Shown: positions 9,117 to 17,202 of the stretch, piece by piece
Layout: every line of letters begins with the position of its first letter
How positions within the stretch are numbered: position 1 is the first letter of the stretch
Source of the DNA: Vibrio vulnificus CMCP6
Lineage (GTDB): Bacteria > Pseudomonadota > Gammaproteobacteria > Enterobacterales > Vibrionaceae
Direction: 5' to 3'
NCBI RefSeq assembly: GCF_000039765.1
Contig: NC_004459.3
Location: forward strand, 2,301,127 to 2,333,126
DNA length: 32,000 nt
Program-made: the position numbers and the translations under genes
Notes under the pieces: generated by a model
What the model saw: only the letters and a program-made list of their open reading frames with translations
Database searches by the model: none
What the model was told of the DNA's origin: nothing

Positions 9117-9983
9117 TTAAACGCAAAAAGGGCAGTTTTCGCGTGTCAGCCCATCAGTGCCGGCCAACCTTGCTAAATGCTGTTTTCCCTGCGTAATACC
9201 CATTTGATAGCCTTGATGAAGTTTGCTTTGATTCATCGTTAACCGTTTCACCTTAAAACCTTCTTCTGGCGCAATCACTCGGATAGTGGCATCGGCTGGT
9301 GGGAAGCGAATAAACGCCAATGCCGCATTGTAATTTTGGGCTCGTTGACGCAGCGCTTTAGCGATAGCGGGTTGACGTGACAACAAGGTGTTGGTGAGCC
9401 AAGTGTGGCGACTTTCTGGCATCTCGTAGCTCAATGGGTGCGACAACACCACCGTTATGTCACGAGCGCCTTGGCGATACGCTTCTTTCACAGGAATGGA
9501 ATCCGAGACCCCGCCATCGGTAAAACAACTGCCTGCAAAGCAAGGTGGTTGGCGATAAGCAATAGGCAAGGCGCAGCTCGCTTCCAATAATTGATTCACA
9601 TTCTGCTTAGTTAGCTGTTGATAGTGTGGCAACCCTGTTGCTATGTCAGTGGTGGTGGCCAGCAAACGCGTGTTTGTAAAGAGACGTTCTGCCTCAATGG
9701 GGTAGCGACGCATGGATTCGTCAACCAACCATTTTACGTCCACCAAATCGCCCCCTTTGATAAAGCGTTTTGGGTTATAAAAACGCTGAGATGTGGCCAA
9801 TTTAGTGATGACATTAAAACTACGCCCTTGAGCGTTCGCCAAATAGCCAACCAAATTGGATGCGCCTGCCGACACCCCAATAGCCAGATCAAAAGGTTGA
9901 TAATTTTTCTGCAAAAATGCGTCCAATACGCCGCTGGCAAATACGCCGCGCATTGCGCCCCCTTCCACGACCAGTGCTTTCAT
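9117..9983 (-). CDS. Patatin-like phospholipase family protein (YjjU-like)
   Basis: EGGAMRGVFASGVLDAF oxyanion loop, GVSAG nucleophile elbow, DGG motif (CFTDGGVSDS). Confidence 0.87.
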   Translation of the reverse strand: MKALVVEGGAMRGVFASGVLDAFLQKNYQPFDLAIGVSAGASNLVGYLANAQGRSFNVITKLATSQRFYNPKRFIKGGDLVDVKWLVDESMRRYPIEAERLFTNTRLLATTTDIATGLPHYQQLTKQNVNQLLEASCALPIAYRQPPCFAGSCFTDGGVSDSIPVKEAYRQGARDITVVLSHPLSYEMPESRHTWLTNTLLSRQPAIAKALRQRAQNYNAALAFIRFPPADATIRVIAPEEGFKVKRLTMNQSKLHQGYQMGITQGKQHLARLAGTDGLTRENCPFCV

Positions 9984-10134
9984 CTCTCTTTACCGTTTAG
10001 ATTCACTCTAGTCTGCAAGGCTAAAACAACCGGGCGGGATGTCGTAGTCGGTTGTGTTTATCGTTGAAATAGGAGGCGTCTATTAATGGCTGAGTGAATG
10101 GTGGGGCTTGGGCTTAGAGGCTTCGATTTGAGCG

Positions 10135-10881
10135 CTACGGACACTCTTGGTCATCGAGCATTTTCTCATAGCAACCATTGGCAATGAGCTTTTTCATACC
10201 GTCTTCATAGGCATCGAGCAGCGCTTTGCCACGCGGTGTTTTTTGAAACAACAGGAACATAGGCTCACTGAGAAGCGGCTTGGGATCCGTCATGATCACG
10301 CGTTCGTCATACCCCGTCACTTGGTTGATGAGTAAGCGTCCGACGCGTTTTTCCGCGGGCACGGCGTCAATTCTTCCCCGATGAAGTTTGTGGAAATTCT
10401 CTTTTTGATTGGAACTGATGAGAGGAAATACTTTGTGCTGTCGCAACAGCAACGTCGAGGAAAAACCTTCTACACCGCCAATACGGTAGTTAGCCAAATC
10501 AGAAATAGCACCCCAGCGAATGGGCATCGACTCACGGTAAAAAATCACCGTTTCTGCAAAGACGATTGGCGTAGGAGATTGGTAAAAAATCTGTCGGCGT
10601 GCTTGATTGCTATACCAAGGGAAAGTGGCGTCTGCTTTTTCATGCTCGACAAGTTTAGTGCTACGAACCCAAGGATGGTATGAGTAGCGCACTTCGTAAC
10701 CTTGACTGGTGTAGATCTGGCTGATGATTTTCTCCAGTGTACCTTGATGCTCACTGGTATAAGGTGCCCATTCGCCAATCGCAAAATGGACGACGTCCGG
10801 CTGGTTAGGCGGCGCTGCGGCGACAACACCGTTAGCGGTCATAACGAACAGACAAAGTGACAAGATCGGTTTATGTATCAA
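10135..10881 (-). CDS. Periplasmic solute-binding protein (transporter substrate-binding domain, SBP_bac_3-like)
   Basis: Signal peptide (LSLCLFVMTANGVVAAA), then FAIGEWAPYTSEHQGTLEKIISQIYTSQGYEVRYSYHPWVRS. Confidence 0.82.
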   Translation of the reverse strand: MIHKPILSLCLFVMTANGVVAAAPPNQPDVVHFAIGEWAPYTSEHQGTLEKIISQIYTSQGYEVRYSYHPWVRSTKLVEHEKADATFPWYSNQARRQIFYQSPTPIVFAETVIFYRESMPIRWGAISDLANYRIGGVEGFSSTLLLRQHKVFPLISSNQKENFHKLHRGRIDAVPAEKRVGRLLINQVTGYDERVIMTDPKPLLSEPMFLLFQKTPRGKALLDAYEDGMKKLIANGCYEKMLDDQECP

Positions 10882-11154
10882 TGTGCTCTACTCGGTTTTA
10901 TGTCGAACGAGGTGACCGTCGTTAAGCGTCGCTTTGACGAACGGGTTATTAGAGTGTAGCAAAGCGAACTGACTTGTCGTGACATTCGCCCTAGGTTGAA
11001 AGGCTAGGTTCTCACTTTGCTAAGTGGGTTGAACTCGCAGAAATGACATTGCTTGGTGCAAAACGCCGTGGTTGATCACAACAAATTAACAATTGATTTT
11101 TTCCCAACGAGCGACAAGTTAAAATAGCGCCATAAATCATTGAAGTTAATCGGT

Positions 11155-12069
11155 ATGATCTGGAATTTTATTCTCAACCCGCAAGCTGGCGGAGGAAAAG
11201 CACTTCGCTTTTGGCAGCAACTCAAGCCTTTACTTTCTCAACACAATATCAAGCATCATTTCCATCAAACTCAATACCAAGGGCATGCCAAAGTTCTCAG
11301 CAAAGAGTTGGCAGAGCAAGGCGAACGCGCGTTTGTAGCGATCGGGGGAGATGGAAGCGTTAACGAACTGCTTCAAGGGATCTTTGAATCTGATTGCGAT
11401 TTACAAGAATTTGTTCTTACCGTCGCGCCGCAAGGGACGGGCAATGATTGGGCGCGCTATCACCACATTCCCAAAAGTCCAAATGCGTGGCTTGAATTTC
11501 TTCAAGCAGCCAATGTGGTCGAACATGATGTGGGTGTGGTGGAGTATGGTGACGATTTTTTACAGCAGCATGTGTTCATCAATATGGCGGGTTGTGGGCT
11601 TGATTGCCACATATTGCAGCAAATGGGATGCGCGGGTGGTAAGTCACTGCGTTACTACTCTACGCTGCTGAGTTCTCTTTATGGTTATCAAGGTCGCACG
11701 TTGCACTTCAAACGTTTGGATGACTCTTCTTCGCAAGATGTTGCCAGAACGGTCCTACTCAGCATGTTTTGCATCGGCCGTTATGGTGGTGCCGGGATGG
11801 ATTTTTCCCCGAAAGCGCACCATCAATCGGGTGTATTACACTCCGTTTGTGTGGAAGATATGCCGTTTTTGAAGCGTCTTTTCAGTTTGCCGTATTTACT
11901 CAATGGAAAAATCGAACAGCACAGCCGAGTGCAAGCGGAAACAATGCGCGCACTGTTAGTGGCAGGTGAAGATACTGCCTTGTTCCAATGCGATGGTGAA
12001 TTGATTGGAGAGTTGCCAGCTCGGCTGACGCTTCGCCCTTGCGCTATACGAGTACTAACAAGGCGTTAG
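11155..12069 (+). CDS. Diacylglycerol/lipid kinase family protein (YegS/BmrU-like)
   Basis: NPQAGGGKA, AIGGDGSVNELLQGI, APQGTGNDWAR. The ORF track start is TTG at 11140; ATG at 11155 is equally plausible. Confidence 0.88.
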   Translation: MIWNFILNPQAGGGKALRFWQQLKPLLSQHNIKHHFHQTQYQGHAKVLSKELAEQGERAFVAIGGDGSVNELLQGIFESDCDLQEFVLTVAPQGTGNDWARYHHIPKSPNAWLEFLQAANVVEHDVGVVEYGDDFLQQHVFINMAGCGLDCHILQQMGCAGGKSLRYYSTLLSSLYGYQGRTLHFKRLDDSSSQDVARTVLLSMFCIGRYGGAGMDFSPKAHHQSGVLHSVCVEDMPFLKRLFSLPYLLNGKIEQHSRVQAETMRALLVAGEDTALFQCDGELIGELPARLTLRPCAIRVLTRR

Positions 12070-12244
12070 AACTGGGTGTATTATTAAGTTTACACTTTTG
12101 GATAAAATGCATTACATTTTGCTTGATCTAAAAATGAAGATGCTACAAAATCGCCATCAACCTAGTTAATTTGGTGGTGATGATTCTCTTTTCTACCATT
12201 TGTCTCTAGGCCTATACTCTATTCCGTAAATATAAGAATACACT

Positions 12245-13450
12245 ATGAGCCGTTCAAAGATTTTTGGTAGTACTTTGATTATTGCAGGCACCACTATTGG
12301 TGCTGGAATGCTTGCATTGCCCCTTGCTTCAGCAGGGATTGGTTTTTCCACCTCCGTCATGATTATGATCGGCTTTTGGGTTTTGATGTCGTATACCGCG
12401 TTGTTGATGGTGGAGCTCCATCAAGAGGCAGATAGAAGTGCGACGCTGCACACGCTGGCAAAACAAATTCTAGGCACGAAAGGAAAATGGGTTGCCAGTT
12501 TCGCTATGCTGTTTCTGTTTTACGCGCTTTGCGCGGCTTACATTGCTGGTGGTGGTGCGCAGTTTGGTGAACGCGTTGCTGCTTGGTTTTCCATCGAAAT
12601 GGATGCCTCTGTGGCAACGGTCATTTTTACCGTGATTGTGGCTGCGGTGGTGACCAGTGGCACGGCGACCGTCGATAAAGTAAACCGCGTTTTATTTGGT
12701 TTGAAAATGGTTGCCATGGTCGCGGTGCTTTTCTTTCTTGCTCCTAACGTGACGGAATCTTACTTGCTCAGTATGCCGATTCAACAAGGGTTGATTGTCG
12801 CTGCTCTGCCAGTCATTTTTACGTCGTTTGGTTTCCACAGCAGCATTCCTGCTATTGTGAATTACCTTGATGGGGACACCAAAGCGCTGCGCAAAGCGAT
12901 TGTCATTGGCTCGTCCATCCCTCTGGTTATTTATGTGTTCTGGCAACTGGTCACGCTTGGCGTGGTGAATCAAGAGGTACTGCTTAATAACTCAGGGTTG
13001 ACGGCGTTGATTGCCCAGTTGGCCGCGAAAGTTCAGCAATCTTACTTAAGCCAATTGGTAGGCGTGTTCGCGGACTTGGCACTGTTAACCTCATTTTTAG
13101 GGGTGAGCCTAGGTTTGTTTGAGTTTCTTGGCGATGTCATCAAGAAGAGTGGTCAGAAACAAAATCGCGTCATTCCTGCTGTGGTGACATTTACACCGCC
13201 GCTGATGTTTGCGCTTTTCTACCCACAGGGCTTCATTATGGCGCTTGGTTACGCCGCAATTGCATTGGCTGTTTTGGCGATTTTCTTGCCGGTGGTGATG
13301 GTAAACAAAGTACGTAAATCACCAGAGAAGCAGGGGAGTTACCAAGTGGCTGGTGGACAATTAGCGCTAACGCTCACAGGTGTGACCGGGGTTGTGATTG
13401 TTGCTGCTCAGATCCTGATAACCGTTGGGGTTCTGCCTGCGTTAGGGTAA
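12245..13450 (+). CDS. Aromatic amino acid transporter (TyrP/Mtr-like, HAAAP family)
   Basis: GTTIGAGMLALPLASAGIGF and the overall 11-12 TM architecture. Confidence 0.87.
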   Translation: MSRSKIFGSTLIIAGTTIGAGMLALPLASAGIGFSTSVMIMIGFWVLMSYTALLMVELHQEADRSATLHTLAKQILGTKGKWVASFAMLFLFYALCAAYIAGGGAQFGERVAAWFSIEMDASVATVIFTVIVAAVVTSGTATVDKVNRVLFGLKMVAMVAVLFFLAPNVTESYLLSMPIQQGLIVAALPVIFTSFGFHSSIPAIVNYLDGDTKALRKAIVIGSSIPLVIYVFWQLVTLGVVNQEVLLNNSGLTALIAQLAAKVQQSYLSQLVGVFADLALLTSFLGVSLGLFEFLGDVIKKSGQKQNRVIPAVVTFTPPLMFALFYPQGFIMALGYAAIALAVLAIFLPVVMVNKVRKSPEKQGSYQVAGGQLALTLTGVTGVVIVAAQILITVGVLPALG

Positions 13451-13466
13451 TAATGGTGATGATGTT

Positions 13467-13495
13467 GGGCTGGTTAACACAACCAGCCCTTTTTG
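13467..13495 (+). terminator. Rho-independent terminator of the TyrP-like gene
   Basis: GGGCTGGTT-AACAC-AACCAGCCC-TTTTTG. Confidence 0.88.
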
Positions 13496-13518
13496 TATCA
13501 ACTGTTCAGAGGTGCAAC

Positions 13519-13902
13519 ATGATAGCGATGACTCAGCTCGATCACCTAGTCTTAACCGTTAAAGACATTCCGACCTCTGTGGCGTTTTACACCCACTGTT
13601 TGGGGATGGAGAAGCAGGAATTCGCTGGTGGACGCATCGCACTCAACTTTGGGCAACAGAAGATCAACCTTCATCAGTGGCAGCACGAATTTGAACCTAA
13701 GGCGGGTCATGTGCAACCTGGCAGTGCCGATCTCTGTTTTATCACCAATACGCCTATCCAAGAGGTCGCTACGTGGTTTACACAATGTGGTATTGAGATT
13801 GAAGAGGGGCCGGTTCAAAGAACGGGCGCTACCGGGCCGATTCTCTCGGTTTACATTCGCGATCCGGACATGAACTTGATTGAAGTGGCCAACCGCTTCT
13901 AG
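13519..13902 (+). CDS. VOC family protein (glyoxalase/bleomycin-resistance fold)
   Basis: LDHLVLTVKDIPTSVAFYTHCLGMEKQEF and YIRDPDMNLIEVAN. Start moved to ATG 13519 because the terminator at 13467-13495 lies inside the longer ORF. Confidence 0.85.
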   Translation: MIAMTQLDHLVLTVKDIPTSVAFYTHCLGMEKQEFAGGRIALNFGQQKINLHQWQHEFEPKAGHVQPGSADLCFITNTPIQEVATWFTQCGIEIEEGPVQRTGATGPILSVYIRDPDMNLIEVANRF

Positions 13903-14151
13903 CTTTATAACAGTGATAAGACCAGTCAGAAAAATGTCGTCCGTTTTGATTACTTCATCAAAATAAATGGCTTATTTTTAGTCAAAAAAATGGATGTTAA
14001 TGTAGATCAAACAATCTGCATTTTGCAGCTCTTCCGTCAGGCGAGTGCTCTTTTTTGTTCCTACAATTAGGAGTGTTGGGAGACAAAATAGACGGAGCAA
14101 TAGGCAAGCGTGAAGGCTGGCCCTCTTTTGCTGCGTGTAAAGGAGCTGGGA

Positions 14152-15294
14152 ATGGAACTGCTAAGTGAAGTCAACAATTGTGCTTATTTTCATCACGCTA
14201 ATTCATTGAATGAGCAACTGGAAAGCATTCGTGATCGCATGCGTATCCATGAGCCTAGTATCGATAGGATTTCGTTTGCACTGTTTGATGAAGATGACAA
14301 CCAATTGAAAACCTATGCTGACAGCAGTGGTTTGTATCCTGAACTGGCTCACTTTAGTGCCTATTTGGATGAACTGCCTATGTTACAGCGTTGTGTCGAA
14401 GAGCAGAGCCACCGTATTGTTGCGGATTTAAACAGCTTGGCATGCAGCAAGCATGTGGTATCGCTTCTTCAAGCAGGCTATCGTTCATCGGCTGCCATTC
14501 CATGCTTTGAAAAAGACAAGTTTGTGGGTTTTCTCTTCCTGAACTCGCGAGAAGTGGACGCGTTTGATGAAGGGCTGATCGACAAACTTCAGCCTTACAT
14601 TGATATGGTGAAATTCACCATTGTCTCTGAATATCAGATTGTGCACGCCATTGCGGATTGTGCAGAACGAACTCAAGCGTTGTTTCCTGTTTACCATAAA
14701 GATTCTTGTGCGCACAAAGAGCGCATGAGCCATTACACCCGTATTATTGCCCATGACATGGCGGCGGAGTGGTCGCTAGACGACGAAACCATAGAGCACC
14801 TCTCTCTTTTCGCCCGCTTCCACGATTTGGGTAAAGTGAGACTCGACATCGAACTGGTGTGCAAAACCGATACGCTGGATGCGCAAGAACGCAATACGAT
14901 GCGTAATCACGTGGAAAATGGCATTGAAATCATGGACCGTATTCTTGAATCTCTGGGCAATCCTCATCACCCAAGTATCACGCTGTTGCAGCAAATCATG
15001 GCCTATCACCATGAGTTTTTAGATGGCTCAGGTTATCCATTTGGTTTGAAAGGGGAGGAAATCCCTCCTGCTGCAAGAATTGTCTCGGTGGCGAATGTGT
15101 TTGATGCACTCACCACACACAGACCTTATCGCCAAGCTTGGTCGGTGACGCATGCCTTGCTAGAGCTTGAAAAAATGGTGATTGCAGGAAAACTGGATCG
15201 CTGCTGTGTGAATGCGCTGCGTGAACACCAAGAAGAGCTGCGTGATGTTGTGGCGCGTTTTCCAGAGCACGACCCCAAAGATGGTTTCTACTAA
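14152..15294 (+). CDS. GAF-like plus HD-GYP domain protein
   Basis: HDLGKVRLDIELV, YHHEFLDGSGYP, ANVFDALTTHRPYR. The SD AAGGAG in front of ATG 14152 is better than the context of GTG 14110 used by the ORF track. Confidence 0.88.
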   Translation: MELLSEVNNCAYFHHANSLNEQLESIRDRMRIHEPSIDRISFALFDEDDNQLKTYADSSGLYPELAHFSAYLDELPMLQRCVEEQSHRIVADLNSLACSKHVVSLLQAGYRSSAAIPCFEKDKFVGFLFLNSREVDAFDEGLIDKLQPYIDMVKFTIVSEYQIVHAIADCAERTQALFPVYHKDSCAHKERMSHYTRIIAHDMAAEWSLDDETIEHLSLFARFHDLGKVRLDIELVCKTDTLDAQERNTMRNHVENGIEIMDRILESLGNPHHPSITLLQQIMAYHHEFLDGSGYPFGLKGEEIPPAARIVSVANVFDALTTHRPYRQAWSVTHALLELEKMVIAGKLDRCCVNALREHQEELRDVVARFPEHDPKDGFY

Positions 15295-15428
15295 AGACCT
15301 TACTTTTAATAGGTAAAGACAATTAAATCTATAGATTCAATCGTTTTTACCTCTAATCTTCGTTCGCATAGACTACACCCATTGAGAGAAGAAAGGCTTC
15401 TCTAGCAAAAATAAATAAGGGTGATGCT

Positions 15429-15902
15429 ATGTCTAATACAAATTATATCGGTCTCGATCAGCAGCTAGCTCAAGCGTTGGCAGAACAACTCAATCAACTT
15501 CTTGCAAACTATCAAGTGCTTTACATGAACACTCGTGGTTACCACTGGAACATCAAAGGTCAGCAGTTTTTCGAATTGCACGTAAAATTTGAAGAAATCT
15601 ATACCGATCTGCAGGTGAAGGTGGATGAATTGGCAGAGCGTATTTTAACGCTTGGTTTTACACCAAAACACAGCTTTAGCACCTACTTACTAAACAGTGA
15701 GATTGCTGAACATCAAGATGTGTTCAGTGGCGAGGAGTCTGTTTCTGGTTTGGTGGATGGCTTTAGTAAGTTGTTGGTTAAGCAACGTGCCATTCTTAAG
15801 CAGGCAGGCGAAGCAGAAGATGAAGGTACCGCTGCGCTGATGGGAGATTACATCCGCGAGCAAGAAAAACTGTTGTGGATGCTTAACGCTTACCTCCAAT
15901 AA
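15429..15902 (+). CDS. dps: DNA starvation/stationary phase protection protein Dps
   Basis: NTRGYHWNIKGQQFFELHVKFEEIYTDLQVKVDELAERILTLG is the Dps ferroxidase signature. Confidence 0.93.
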   Translation: MSNTNYIGLDQQLAQALAEQLNQLLANYQVLYMNTRGYHWNIKGQQFFELHVKFEEIYTDLQVKVDELAERILTLGFTPKHSFSTYLLNSEIAEHQDVFSGEESVSGLVDGFSKLLVKQRAILKQAGEAEDEGTAALMGDYIREQEKLLWMLNAYLQ

Positions 15903-16041
15903 CGTGCCATTAGCAAACAGTCAATGACAAGTCGTGCTACGCGATTAGTTATTGACTGTATAAATGAACAGTATTTTGTTGACCAATGGAGTAAATTGAC
16001 TATACTGAGTATACATACAGTTTCTTTGCGGAGGTGCAGTT

Positions 16042-16260
16042 ATGTTTTGGGATACTCTAGAACGTGTTAACCGACTCAGGCAGGAAGCCATGGCGAATCC
16101 TGAGTTTATTCAGTCAGCCAAAGAACACGAAAAAGCGCTTAGTGAGCAGGAAGTTGTCTATTGTCCACGGACAAAGCGCAGAGTGAAAAAGCCAAAATCT
16201 TTGGCCGACATTTATCAGCAATCAGAATTTGGGACAAGACCCGATGTCCACCAACATTAA
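16042..16260 (+). CDS. Small conserved-type hypothetical protein (72 aa)
   Basis: Good SD (GGAGGTG) 7 nt before ATG and a terminator immediately downstream. Confidence 0.7.
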   Translation: MFWDTLERVNRLRQEAMANPEFIQSAKEHEKALSEQEVVYCPRTKRRVKKPKSLADIYQQSEFGTRPDVHQH

Positions 16261-16270
16261 AAATCAATAA

Positions 16271-16297
16271 AGCCGCTATCGAAAGATAGCGGCTTCT
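16271..16297 (+). terminator. Rho-independent terminator
   Basis: AGCCGCTATC-GAAA-GATAGCGGCT followed by TCTTTG. Confidence 0.8.
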
Positions 16298-16339
16298 TTG
16301 TATGGGGTCGATTGGGGGCACAAATCACATCGTATCGAG

Positions 16340-16894
16340 TTAAAAATCGGCTTTTTTAACAAAGTAAGGATTTTTGTATTTCTTCTCTGGACCAAATTCC
16401 TTGAACACCAATCGATTCCACAATTGCTTGTCGAAATTTTCTTTGGGAATCGCAGGATAAAGCGTTTCTAACTCTTCCCAAGCGTAGTTCATAAACTCTT
16501 TTTTCTTAATTTGGTTGTATTGACGCGCAATTTTGTTGTGTTTAGTGATCCATTCTTTCTTAAATAAAGCGAGCGCTTTCTCGGCTTCTTCCTGTGGCAT
16601 ACGAGAGAGGAAGACTCGCTTATAGGAGACTTTTCGGTCCACCATGGTACGCATGGCGGTTTGAATATATTTCCCATGATGTGTGATGGAACTTTCGCTC
16701 TCATCGACCAATGGAATACACCAACCTTTCGGAAAAAAGTCGTGCTTTTGGTACTGTTTATTACGTACCGTGAGGGCTTGATGCAAAACAAGATCAGACG
16801 TGCCGCGAAAGGTTTGTTGCCATTTGGCAATACGAATCTGCAGTGATCCTGGTAAACGATATATATTCGTAAATTTGTCTTCGTTCATGGACAT
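16340..16894 (-). CDS. Hypothetical protein (184 aa), Lys/aromatic-rich, no recognisable domain
   Basis: Uninterrupted ORF in a low-GC segment, with a converging 72-aa gene and terminator on its 3' side. No motif recognised. Confidence 0.6.
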   Translation of the reverse strand: MSMNEDKFTNIYRLPGSLQIRIAKWQQTFRGTSDLVLHQALTVRNKQYQKHDFFPKGWCIPLVDESESSITHHGKYIQTAMRTMVDRKVSYKRVFLSRMPQEEAEKALALFKKEWITKHNKIARQYNQIKKKEFMNYAWEELETLYPAIPKENFDKQLWNRLVFKEFGPEKKYKNPYFVKKADF

Positions 16895-17144
16895 ATTACA
16901 CAGTAGTTAAAGGTGATAGATATGACGAATAACAACCAGTCTTTCTGTTGGAGTAGTTATTTAAAGATGAAAGACACTGACAGTCTCACTCAAGTATAGG
17001 TATTTAACGGCTTCACAAGCAGTCAAAATCGTGAGACGACAAAATTGTACAATAAATATCTCATGAAATGCGAGTGGTTTATCGCTTCTAACCTAGGGGT
17101 AAATTGTAAATTTATTAAGAAATCACGTGGAATTAACGTAAGGA

Positions 17145-17177
17145 TAAGCCGTGCCTTAGATTCTGGCACGGCTTATG
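17145..17177. other. Strong 12-bp perfect stem-loop downstream of the exporter operon, no T-tract
   Basis: ATAAGCCGTGCC-TTAGATTCT-GGCACGGCTTAT. Confidence 0.7.
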
Positions 17178-17202
17178 TGTGCATCAAGTGTAAAAAGCGG
17201 GG

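Noticed and set aside
9618-10067. 149-aa plus-strand ORF opposite the patatin gene
   Set aside because: Antisense shadow of a well-supported coding gene with no protein-family features.
12070-12244. TyrR box upstream of the TyrP-like gene
   Set aside because: Only a loose GTTTACAC...GGATAAA resemblance; no TGTAAA-N6-TTTACA match was seen.
16489-16830. 113-aa plus-strand ORF opposite the orphan 184-aa gene
   Set aside because: Low-complexity shadow ORF with no RBS; the minus-strand ORF is longer. Neither has a known domain, so this is a moderate-confidence rejection.
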